DNA of 35,043 bases from an uncultured Planctomycetaceae bacterium (GTDB lineage Bacteria; Planctomycetota; Planctomycetia; Pirellulales; UBA1268), in contig CAISKG010000486.1 of the NCBI GenBank assembly GCA_903885855.1, positions 1 through 35,043 of the forward strand. Direction: 5' to 3'. The notes beneath the pieces are model-generated. The model had not been told where the DNA came from, made no database searches, and was given only the letters and a program-made list of their open reading frames with translations. Below, piece by piece: positions 1-7,542 of this stretch. Position numbers and translations under genes: made by a program. The first letter of the stretch is position 1. Each line of letters begins with the position of its first letter.

Positions 1-200
1 CCCGCGGGGCCACGCTCGCCGGCCTTGCCGGGCGCACCCGCCGGGCCAGCCTTGCCGTCGAGGCCGTTCTTCCCGTCCTTGCCAGGCGCACCGGCCGGGC
101 CCGCGGGGCCGCGCTCGCCGGCCTTGCCCGGCGCACCCGCCGGACCAGCCTTGCCGTCGAGGCCGTTCTTTCCGTCCTTGCCCGGCGCACCAGCCGGGCC
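1..200. repeat. 99-bp tandem repeat (2 copies) within the collagen gene, encoding an 11-triplet unit GKAGERGPAGPAGAPGKDGKNGLDGKAGPAGAP
   Basis: Positions 1-99 and 100-198 are near-identical and differ mainly at synonymous positions. Confidence 0.9.
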
Positions 201-713
201 AAGCGCGCCCGGCGCTCCAGCCGGACCCGCGGGGCCACGCTCGCCGGCCTTTCCAGCGAGGCCATCCTTCCCGTCGCGGCCGGGAGGACCCGCCGGCCCC
301 GGCATGCCGTCCTTGCCGGCAGCTCCCACCGGGCCACGCTCACCCTGCGGTCCGGCTGGGCCGCGCTCACCCTGCGGTCCGGCCGGGCCTCGCTCACCCT
401 GCGGTCCGGACGGGCCGCGTTCACCCTGCGCTCCGACGGCACCACGCTCCCCCGCCGCGCCCTTGGATCCCTGCGTTCCACCCGACAGCCCCACCAGGCT
501 GGCGACGCTCGAGGCGAAGCCGCGGCCGCGCCACAGATTCAGCTCGCGCCACTTCTCCTGGTGCTTGTCCCACACCCACAGGAGCCCCGCGTGCTCCTCG
601 TACCACGCATCGCCCTCGGCGGCGTGGCGGGGCAGGTTCGTGTGGTCGTCGATCAAGCCATGGATCGTCTTGATGGGGGGGAAATCGATGGCGGGCACGG
701 GGATGTCCTTCAT
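1..713 (-). CDS. Collagen triple-helix repeat protein (3' end runs off the window)
   Basis: Hand translation from ATG at 713 gives MKDIPVPAIDFPPIKTIHGLIDDHTNLPRHAAEGDAWYEEHAGLLWVWDKHQEKW..., then 53 uninterrupted Gly-X-Y triplets (479 down to 3; GER/GPA/GPQ/GKD/GAP). It is absent from the ORF track because no stop lies in the window; the + strand ORF 25..849 is its antisense shadow. Confidence 0.93.
   Translation of the reverse strand, partial: MKDIPVPAIDFPPIKTIHGLIDDHTNLPRHAAEGDAWYEEHAGLLWVWDKHQEKWRELNLWRGRGFASSVASLVGLSGGTQGSKGAAGERGAVGAQGERGPSGPQGERGPAGPQGERGPAGPQGERGPVGAAGKDGMPGPAGPPGRDGKDGLAGKAGERGPAGPAGAPGALGPAGAPGKDGKNGLDGKAGPAGAPGKAGERGPAGPAGAPGKDGKNGLDGKAGPAGAPGKAGERGPA
327..452. repeat. 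27-bp tandem repeat (~4.5 copies) encoding GERGPxGPQ
   Basis: Recurrent ctcaccctgcggtccgg motif at 27-bp spacing. Confidence 0.88.
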
Positions 714-822
714 AACGAGGAATCAGAGATGGCCTGGAAAGAGGGGGGCGAGGCACCGGAATGGGCCTCGCGCGACGCTCCGCTACAGTCGCCACAGCCC
801 CCCCAGTCCGCGCAGACCGCGA

Positions 823-851
823 AATTTAGCAGGCGACAATTCGCCGTGAAA
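823..851 (-). promoter_or_regulatory. Putative sigma70-type promoter for the collagen gene, with an internal inverted repeat
   Basis: Minus strand reads TTTCAC-17 nt-TAAATT with a TGn extension. GGCGA-CAAT-TCGCC (832-845) lies in the spacer. This is an AT-rich patch in the intergenic gap. Confidence 0.45.
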
Positions 852-930
852 GCCCCCGGGCATCCCCGAGAAAGCAGCCGGGTCGTCGGCCGCGTGGGGG
901 CGGCGGGACGCGAGCGGCGCCGCGATCCGG

Positions 931-2340
931 CTACCAGCGCGTCTCCATCGCCATCCCGCCCAGATCGGCGATCGGCAGGGGCACCACCCGCACTTCCATC
1001 CCGGCGAAGTGCGTCTCGGTGCGGCTCACGGCGATCGAACTGGCCACCGCCAGATACCACCCCAGGAACACCTGCGAGGGGTAGTGGGCGTTGTCCGTCA
1101 TGCGGGAGAAGCCGACGAACGTGGAGCAGACCCACAAGCCCCCCTTGGCCCACGGGTTCTCCACCATGTCGGCCGCCGCCAGGAAGGGGATCGCCCCGAT
1201 GAACGCATGGCCGCTGACGCCGTTGTTGTCGTTGAACATGTGCCACTGGCTGCCGTTGCCGTCGACCGGCCGCGACGCGCCGGTGGCCATCTGCAGCACG
1301 TACACCGGCGGCGCCCCGACGACGAACATCCGCAGCGACCGCGAGCCCCACTCGCCGAGGATGTCGCCGGTGGGATTCCCCTCGAGCACGATCCCGGTGA
1401 CGGCCGCGGCGCCGAAGACGGAAAGCGCGTAGCGCCCCTCGCCGATGTCCTTGCAACCCAGGAAGAAGGTGCCCAGGTCGGTCGGCTTGACGCTCTCCAT
1501 CCACGCCGTCTGCATGGTGGTGTCGAAGCCGGTGTTGGCCATCAGGGCCCCGGCGCCGAACGCCGCCGCCAGGCCCACGAGGCTGTCGCAGCAGTAGAAG
1601 TTGCGGTAATCCTCGAGCACCTTGTACCCCGCCCGCGACAGGCGCGGATACGAGGAATGCGCCCAGGGAGGCTCGCGCGACGCCGCGACGCCATACGGCA
1701 CGCCGTCGGGCGGCGGGAGCGACAGGATCGGCTCCGCCGTGGGGGCGAGCCGCGCCGCCAGCACGGGGGTCACGTCGCGGCTGCCCGACCAGGCCTGCTC
1801 GATCTGCCAGCCACCGCTGAGCTCGACGCGGCCCGGCGCGCGCGGCGCCGACGCCTCGGCGATCGACTGCGTCTCCACGATGGCCTCGATCCAGGCGCCC
1901 GAACCGCCGGGGGAGAAACGCACCACGAGCCGCTGGCGCCGTGGGGGCGCGAGCCCGGGGGTGGTGGGAATGACTCCGGGCAGGGGCGGCTCCGCCGGCG
2001 GCTCCACCCAGGCCGACTCGATCATCCCCTGCGACGCCGGCCGGACGTCGAAGCCCGGCTCCACGACGCGCGCCACCGGCCACTCGGCCGACACCGCCGC
2101 GCGTGTGTCGCGCCACAGGGCCTGCGGGTCGTCGTGCGGCACGAACATCCCCCCGGCATCCATCGTCGCCGCGCCGCTGCCGAAGCCGGCGGCCGTGCCT
2201 GGCAGTCCGATCGCTCCGCGCCACAGGCACAGCGCGATCAGCAGGGCCCGCACCGCCGGCGCGTGCCGGGGCCGGGCGCGGGGCCCGAGGGGGCGCTCGC
2301 GCTGGATCTCGATCGCCGGTGGAGGCTTCGGGGGGGACAT
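931..2340 (-). CDS. PAP2-superfamily phosphatase-like membrane protein with long N-terminal extension
   Basis: C-terminal half has PAP2-like motifs QMATGASRP, VSGH and SRMTDNAHYPSQV among hydrophobic helices. N-terminus has a signal-like segment (RALLIALCLW). Start placed at ATG 2340 (uncertain). Confidence 0.8.
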   Translation of the reverse strand: MSPPKPPPAIEIQRERPLGPRARPRHAPAVRALLIALCLWRGAIGLPGTAAGFGSGAATMDAGGMFVPHDDPQALWRDTRAAVSAEWPVARVVEPGFDVRPASQGMIESAWVEPPAEPPLPGVIPTTPGLAPPRRQRLVVRFSPGGSGAWIEAIVETQSIAEASAPRAPGRVELSGGWQIEQAWSGSRDVTPVLAARLAPTAEPILSLPPPDGVPYGVAASREPPWAHSSYPRLSRAGYKVLEDYRNFYCCDSLVGLAAAFGAGALMANTGFDTTMQTAWMESVKPTDLGTFFLGCKDIGEGRYALSVFGAAAVTGIVLEGNPTGDILGEWGSRSLRMFVVGAPPVYVLQMATGASRPVDGNGSQWHMFNDNNGVSGHAFIGAIPFLAAADMVENPWAKGGLWVCSTFVGFSRMTDNAHYPSQVFLGWYLAVASSIAVSRTETHFAGMEVRVVPLPIADLGGMAMETRW

Positions 2341-2417
2341 CGGGGGGCGGAACTCTCGCACCCTCCATCGGCGTGAGCAAGGGGGGAAATGGACCCCCGG
2401 TGCGGAATGGCCCCGCG

Positions 2418-2426
2418 TGGTATCCT
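2418..2426 (+). promoter_or_regulatory. Putative extended -10 element for recQ
   Basis: TGG-TATCCT about 50 nt upstream of the proposed GTG start. Confidence 0.4.
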
Positions 2427-2476
2427 CGGGCCCCGCGCGGGTGTTCCCCCCGCCCTCCACCCCTCCCAGGTGCCCC

Positions 2477-4351
2477 GTGTCCGGGCAGGATGCCCCAGCG
2501 CCCCCGTCCCCCCCGGGCGCCCCGCCTGACGATCCGCGGATCCTCGAGGTGCTCTCGAGGTGGTGGGGCTTCGACCGGCTGCGCCCCCTGCAGGAAGAGG
2601 CGATCCGGGCCGCCCTCGACGGCACCGACTCCGTCGTGGTGATGCCGACGGGCGGGGGCAAGAGCCTCTGCTACCAGTTGCCCCCCCTCGTCAACGGCAC
2701 CACGGACGTCGTCGTCTCGCCGCTGGTGGCCCTGATGAAGGACCAGGTCGACGCCCTCGAGGCGATCGGCTATCCCGCGGCGGCGATCCATTCCGCCATG
2801 TCGCCGGAGGAACGCGCGGGCGTCCGCGACCGGCTCGCCGCCGGGGAGCTGCGCCTCCTCTTCGCCTCGCCGGAGCGCCTCGTCAACACCGGCCTGCTCG
2901 ACCTCCTCGCCGAGGTCGGGGTGAAGCGGTTCGCGATCGACGAGGCCCACTGCATCAGCCACTGGGGCCACGATTTCCGCCCCGAGTACCGGCAGATGTC
3001 GCTCCTCCGCGAGCGCTTTCCCCGGGCGAGCATCCACGCCTTCACCGCCACCGCCACCCCGCGCGTGCGCGACGACATCGCCGCCCAGCTCCATCTCCGC
3101 GCGCCGCGGATGCTGATCGGGACGTTCGACCGGCCGAATCTCTGCTACCGGGTCGTGCCGCGCACCGACCGCATCGCCCAGACGCTCGCCATCCTCGGCC
3201 GCCACCGCGGCGAGGCCTCGATCGTGTACTGCATCTCCCGCAAGGAGACGGAGCGGCTGGCGGCCCGGCTGGCGGCCGAGGGGATCCTCGCCCGCCCCTA
3301 CCACGCCGGCCTCCACGCCACGGAGCGGCGGCGCACGCAGGAGGCGTTCGCCCGCGAGACGATCGACGTGGTGGTGGCGACGGTGGCCTTCGGCATGGGG
3401 ATCGACCGCTCCGACGTGCGCCTCGTTCTCCACACTTCCCTCCCCAAGAGCCTCGAGGCCTACCAGCAGGAGACCGGCCGGGCCGGCCGCGACGGCCTGG
3501 CGGCGGAGTGCGTGCTCCTCTACTCCTCCGCCGACGTCTTCAGCTGGGAATCGCTCTGCCGCAAGAGCGCCGCCGAGAGCGACCTCGATCCCGAAGAGCA
3601 GGAGCGGCTCGTGGCCGGCCAGCTCGAGCACCTCCACGCCATGCGCCGCTACGCCCAGGCCGCGCGCTGCCGCCACGCGGCCCTCTCGGAGTACTTCGGG
3701 CAGGCCTACGGCACCGAGCCGTGCGCCGCCTGCGACGTGTGCCTCGGCGAGACGGAGAATCTCCCCGACTCGACGCTCACCGCCCAGAAGCTGCTCTCCT
3801 GCGTGGCCCGCACCGGGGGCCGGTTCGGGGTGCGCCACGTGGGCGAGGTGCTCCGCGGGGCGCGGAGCGAAGCGGTGCTGCGCCACCGCCACGAGGCCCT
3901 CTCCACCTTCGGGCTCCTCGCCGCCCTCGACCAGCGCACCGTCGAGAACCTGCTCCACCAGCTCCTCGACCAGGGCCTGCTCGACCGCACCCCGGGGGAG
4001 CGGCCCGTGCTCGTCCTCAACGAGCGGTCGTGGGAGGTGATGCGCGGCACGCGCGACGTGGTGCTCCTCGAGCCCCGCGCCGGCCGGACGCGCGCCGCCC
4101 GCGCCGACACCGACGATTGGGAGGGGGTCGACCGCGGCCTCTTCGAGCGGCTGCGGGCGTGGCGCCGGCGCGTGGCCGACGCCCGCGGCAAGCCGGCCTG
4201 GACGATCCTCGACGACAGGGCCCTGCGCGGCATCGCACGCGAGCGGCCGGCGACGCCGGCGGCGCTCTTGCGCGTCAAGGGGATCGGCGAGAAGCGCCTC
4301 GCCGACTTCGGGGCAGCGATCCTGGAGATGGTGGCCGGCCGCGAGGCCTGA
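2477..4351 (+). CDS. recQ: ATP-dependent DNA helicase RecQ
   Basis: Motif 0 (WGFDRLRPLQ), MPTGGGKSLCYQLP, IDEAHCISHWGHDFRPEY, TATA, VATVAFGMGID and QETGRAGRDG are present, followed by the Zn-binding CRH...CAACDVC, RQC and C-terminal HRDC domains. Start GTG 2477 is inferred. Confidence 0.96.
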   Translation: MSGQDAPAPPSPPGAPPDDPRILEVLSRWWGFDRLRPLQEEAIRAALDGTDSVVVMPTGGGKSLCYQLPPLVNGTTDVVVSPLVALMKDQVDALEAIGYPAAAIHSAMSPEERAGVRDRLAAGELRLLFASPERLVNTGLLDLLAEVGVKRFAIDEAHCISHWGHDFRPEYRQMSLLRERFPRASIHAFTATATPRVRDDIAAQLHLRAPRMLIGTFDRPNLCYRVVPRTDRIAQTLAILGRHRGEASIVYCISRKETERLAARLAAEGILARPYHAGLHATERRRTQEAFARETIDVVVATVAFGMGIDRSDVRLVLHTSLPKSLEAYQQETGRAGRDGLAAECVLLYSSADVFSWESLCRKSAAESDLDPEEQERLVAGQLEHLHAMRRYAQAARCRHAALSEYFGQAYGTEPCAACDVCLGETENLPDSTLTAQKLLSCVARTGGRFGVRHVGEVLRGARSEAVLRHRHEALSTFGLLAALDQRTVENLLHQLLDQGLLDRTPGERPVLVLNERSWEVMRGTRDVVLLEPRAGRTRAARADTDDWEGVDRGLFERLRAWRRRVADARGKPAWTILDDRALRGIARERPATPAALLRVKGIGEKRLADFGAAILEMVAGREA

Positions 4352-4360
4352 CCGCCCCGC

Positions 4361-5074
4361 TCACCCCTCGCCGAGATAGGCCTCGCGGACGCGCCGGTCG
4401 TGCGCCAGCTCGGCCCCGGGCCCGGTGAGCGTGACCCGGCCGGTCTCGAGGACGTAGCCGCGGTCGGCGAGGCGGAGGGCCGCGCGGGCGTTCTGCTCCA
4501 CGAGCACCACCGAGATCCCGCGCTTCGCCAGGCTCCCGATGACGTCGAAGATCCGCTCCACGATCAGCGGCGCCAGTCCGAGCGAGGGCTCGTCGAGGAG
4601 GAGCAGCTTCGGCCGGCCGACGAGCGCCCGCGCCAGGGCCAGCATCTGCTGCTCGCCGCCGGAGAGCGTGCCCCCCATCTGCGCCATCCGCTCGCCGAGG
4701 ACCGGAAACATCCCGCAGGCCTCGTCGATGTCGCGCTTCAGCGCCTGGCGGTCGGTCTGGGTGAAGCCGCCGAGTTCGAGGTTCTCGCGCACCGAGAGCC
4801 GCGGAAAGATCCGCCGCCCCTCCGGCGCGTGCCCGATGCCCATCCGCGATACGACGTGGGTCGGCAGGCCGGTGATCGGCCGCCCCTGGAAGGCCACCGA
4901 TCCGGACCGTGCCGGCACCACCCCCACGATCGCCATCAGCAGCGTGGTCTTGCCGGCGCCGTTGGCGCCGATGATCGCCACCGTCTCCCCCTCGCCCACA
5001 TCGATCGACACCCCGTCGAGGGCGCGGATCGGCCCGTAGCCCGCCGACAGGTCGCGCACCTCCAGGATCGCCAT
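4361..5074 (-). CDS. livF: Branched-chain amino acid (HAAT) ABC transporter ATP-binding protein, LivF type
   Basis: GANGAGKTT, PEGRRIF, LSGGEQQMLA, LLLLDEPSLGLAP, VEQN and AYLG; 237 aa. Confidence 0.95.
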   Translation of the reverse strand: MAILEVRDLSAGYGPIRALDGVSIDVGEGETVAIIGANGAGKTTLLMAIVGVVPARSGSVAFQGRPITGLPTHVVSRMGIGHAPEGRRIFPRLSVRENLELGGFTQTDRQALKRDIDEACGMFPVLGERMAQMGGTLSGGEQQMLALARALVGRPKLLLLDEPSLGLAPLIVERIFDVIGSLAKRGISVVLVEQNARAALRLADRGYVLETGRVTLTGPGAELAHDRRVREAYLGEG

Positions 5075-5103
5075 GCCGTCCTCCCCGGGGCCCGAGCGGC
5101 CCC

Positions 5104-6438
5104 TCATTCCCCGCCGCCGAGATAGGCCTCGATCACCTTCTCGTCGCGACGCACCTCGGCGGGCGTCCCCTCCGCGATCTTCGTGCCGTGGTCGAGGACG
5201 GCGACGCGATCGCTGACGCGCATCACCACGTTCATGTGGTGCTCGATGAGGAGCACCGTCACGCCGGAATCGCGGATCCGCTCGATGAGCGATGCGAGAT
5301 CGGCGGTCTCCGACGGGTTCATCCCCGCCGCCGGCTCGTCGAGGAGGATCAGCCGCGCCCCGGTGGCCAGCGCCCGGGCGATCTCCAGCCGGCGCTGGTC
5401 GCCGTAGGGGAGCTGCCCGGCGATGCGGTTGGCGTCGCCGGCGAGGCCCACGAAGCCGAGGGCTTCGAGGGCCTTTTTGCGCGCCGCCGCCTCGCCGCGC
5501 ACGTTGGCGGGGGTGCGCAGCAGCATCGCCAGCACCCCGCCGGGGATCGTCCGGTCGAGGCCCACCAGCACGTTCTCCAGCACGCTCATGTTGCTGAACA
5601 GCCGGATGTTCTGGAAGGTGCGCGAGATCCCGGCCCGGGCCACGACGTGCGGCGAGCGCCGGCCACGCTGCCAGACGGCGAGCGTCCCGGCGGTCCCGAG
5701 GATGAGGCCGAGGGCCAGGCCGCTCCAGCCGCGGAAGCGGATCCGGCTCTTTCCGGCGGCGAGCCGGTCGAGCACCTCCTCCTTGACCGGCGGGAGCGTC
5801 ACCCCGGCCGCCTGGGGCTCGTCGGAGGGGCCGAGGTCGGTGGGATCGGGGACGGTGCCGGGATCGATGCGCCGGGCGGTGACCTTCGCCTGGAGGGCGT
5901 CGCGCACCAGCCGCGCCTCCGCCAGATCGCGCTTGATGGCCAGCACGTCGGCGCCGTCGGAGCTGACCACGCGCCACTTCCCCGCCATCTGGTCGATCGC
6001 CAGCTCGGAGCGGAAATAACCGCGCAGGCGCTCGACCGCGCCGGCGAGCGTGAACGGCTCCCCGGTGATCATCCCCCGCTTCACCACCGCCATCCACATC
6101 CGGTCGACGTCCACCGCGGCGGCGGCGAAGAGGAGCCCGGTGAGGAGGCCGACGGCCAGCGCCTTGAGGATCGTGCCCGGCGTCAGGGCGCGCTCGAGCC
6201 GCTTGCCGCGGAAGCGCACCGACCCGCCCGACGGGGCGTAGATGCCGCTGACGCAGTTGAAGGCGGTGGTCTTCCCCGCCCCGTTGGGACCGATGAGGGA
6301 GACGATCGTCCCCTCCGGCACGTCGAGGTCGAGATCGGAGACCGCCACCAGCCCGCCGAAGCGGACCGTGATCCGGTCGACGTCGAGGAGCGGCGACCCG
6401 GAGGGACCGGGCACGGCCGGGGACCGGGAATCGCTCAT
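5104..6438 (-). CDS. livG: HAAT ABC transporter ATP-binding protein, LivG type, with ~175-aa two-TM insertion
   Basis: VRFGGLVAV, GPNGAGKTT, RTFQNIRLF, LPYGDQRRLEIARALA, LLDEPAAGMN, IEHHM and EAYLG. It is 444 aa versus roughly 255 typical. The ATG overlaps the livM stop (ATGA). Confidence 0.93.
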   Translation of the reverse strand: MSDSRSPAVPGPSGSPLLDVDRITVRFGGLVAVSDLDLDVPEGTIVSLIGPNGAGKTTAFNCVSGIYAPSGGSVRFRGKRLERALTPGTILKALAVGLLTGLLFAAAAVDVDRMWMAVVKRGMITGEPFTLAGAVERLRGYFRSELAIDQMAGKWRVVSSDGADVLAIKRDLAEARLVRDALQAKVTARRIDPGTVPDPTDLGPSDEPQAAGVTLPPVKEEVLDRLAAGKSRIRFRGWSGLALGLILGTAGTLAVWQRGRRSPHVVARAGISRTFQNIRLFSNMSVLENVLVGLDRTIPGGVLAMLLRTPANVRGEAAARKKALEALGFVGLAGDANRIAGQLPYGDQRRLEIARALATGARLILLDEPAAGMNPSETADLASLIERIRDSGVTVLLIEHHMNVVMRVSDRVAVLDHGTKIAEGTPAEVRRDEKVIEAYLGGGE

Positions 6439-7538
6439 GGCCCCTCCTCGTGCAGCTCCGCCGCCAGCCGGCGCGACGGGATCAGCCCCTCGGGCCGGTA
6501 GCGCATCACGAACACCAGCGCCAGCCCGAAGATCGCCAGCCTCCAGCCGCTGAACGACAGGGCGCTGGATCCGGAGGGATTGATGTTCATCTGCTGGATC
6601 CAGGAGTCGGCCCACGGCGCCAGCACCGTGTCGAAGCCGACGAGGATCGCCACGCCGAGGATCGTGCCGGGGATGCTGCCGAGGCCCCCGAGGATCACCG
6701 CGCAGAGCACCATGATCGAACGGTTGAAGTCGTAGGCGTTGGGGTCGGCCGTGGTGGAGAGGCTGGCCGCGTAGAGGCAGCCGGCGAGGCCGGCCACGGC
6801 CGACGACATCGCGAAGGCGGAGAGCTTGACGCGCGTGGCGGAGATCCCCATCGCCTGGGCGGCCAGTTCGTCCTCGCGCACCGCCACCAGGGCCCGGCCG
6901 AGGCGCGACGTCTCCAGGCGCCGCATCGCCAGCACCACCCCGGCCAGCGACAGCAGCGACAGGTAGTAGAACCAGCGCGGGTCGATGGCGAACGCCTTCC
7001 CCAGATCGAGCCCCGCCACCGTCACGCCCGCCCCGGGCGGGGGCACCGGGTTGAGCCCCTTCATGCCCCCGGTGATCTGCTCGAGGTTGCGCAGGGTGAC
7101 CTTCGCCACCTCGCCGAAGCCGAGCGTGACGATCGCCAGATAATCGCCGCGCAGGCGGAGCGTGGGCGCGCCGAGCGCCAGGCCCGTGCCGGCCGTGACG
7201 AGCACCGCCACGACCGCGGCGGGGAGGAAGCCGATGCGGAAGGGGTACATCGGCACCGTGAGGATCGCCAGGCAGTAGGCCCCGATCCCGAAGAAGGAGG
7301 CGATGCCCAGATGCACGAGCCCCGTGTAGCCCACCATGACGTTCAGCGCCAGGGCGAGGATGCAGTAGATGAAAAGCGTCGTCACCTGGCCGCCGAGCGC
7401 CCCGCCGAGCGCCGGGATGCACAGCGGCGCGGCGGCCAGGAGCACCAGCGCCACCAGCTCCCAGCGCGAGGCGAGCCAGCCGCCGACGCCGGCCGGGCGC
7501 GGCGGGAGGGGAGCGGCGGATGGCGGGGGTGCGGCCAC
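6435..7538 (-). CDS. livM: HAAT ABC transporter permease, LivM type
   Basis: LALNVMVGYTGLVHLG, LRLRGDYLAIVTLGFGE, SRLGRALVAVREDELAA, VILGGLGS and RPEGL. Confidence 0.93.
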   Translation of the reverse strand: MAAPPPSAAPLPPRPAGVGGWLASRWELVALVLLAAAPLCIPALGGALGGQVTTLFIYCILALALNVMVGYTGLVHLGIASFFGIGAYCLAILTVPMYPFRIGFLPAAVVAVLVTAGTGLALGAPTLRLRGDYLAIVTLGFGEVAKVTLRNLEQITGGMKGLNPVPPPGAGVTVAGLDLGKAFAIDPRWFYYLSLLSLAGVVLAMRRLETSRLGRALVAVREDELAAQAMGISATRVKLSAFAMSSAVAGLAGCLYAASLSTTADPNAYDFNRSIMVLCAVILGGLGSIPGTILGVAILVGFDTVLAPWADSWIQQMNINPSGSSALSFSGWRLAIFGLALVFVMRYRPEGLIPSRRLAAELHEEGP

Positions 7539-7542
7539 GGCG

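Noticed and set aside
1-452. Regular repeats as a possible CRISPR array
   Set aside because: They are in-frame coding tandem repeats without unique spacers, and no cas genes are present.
327-461. GxxGER motifs as integrin-binding mimicry
   Set aside because: GER is a very common triplet in bacterial collagens, the hydrophobic residue of high-affinity sites (GFOGER/GLPGER) is absent, and there is no evidence of a host association.
25-849. Pro-rich + strand ORF (274 aa)
   Set aside because: It is the antisense shadow of the collagen gene: Gly codons read as Pro/Ser/Ala/Thr on the opposite strand.
2477-4351. RecQ or the AAA ATPase as part of an anti-phage defence system
   Set aside because: RecQ has the ordinary helicase-RQC-HRDC layout, and no nuclease, toxin, methylase or other defence effector is adjacent to either gene.
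5104-6438. LivG insertion as an intein, frameshift or IS remnant
   Set aside because: The insert is in frame, lacks intein termini (C/S...HN), has no inverted repeats or transposase motifs, and codon style matches the flanks.
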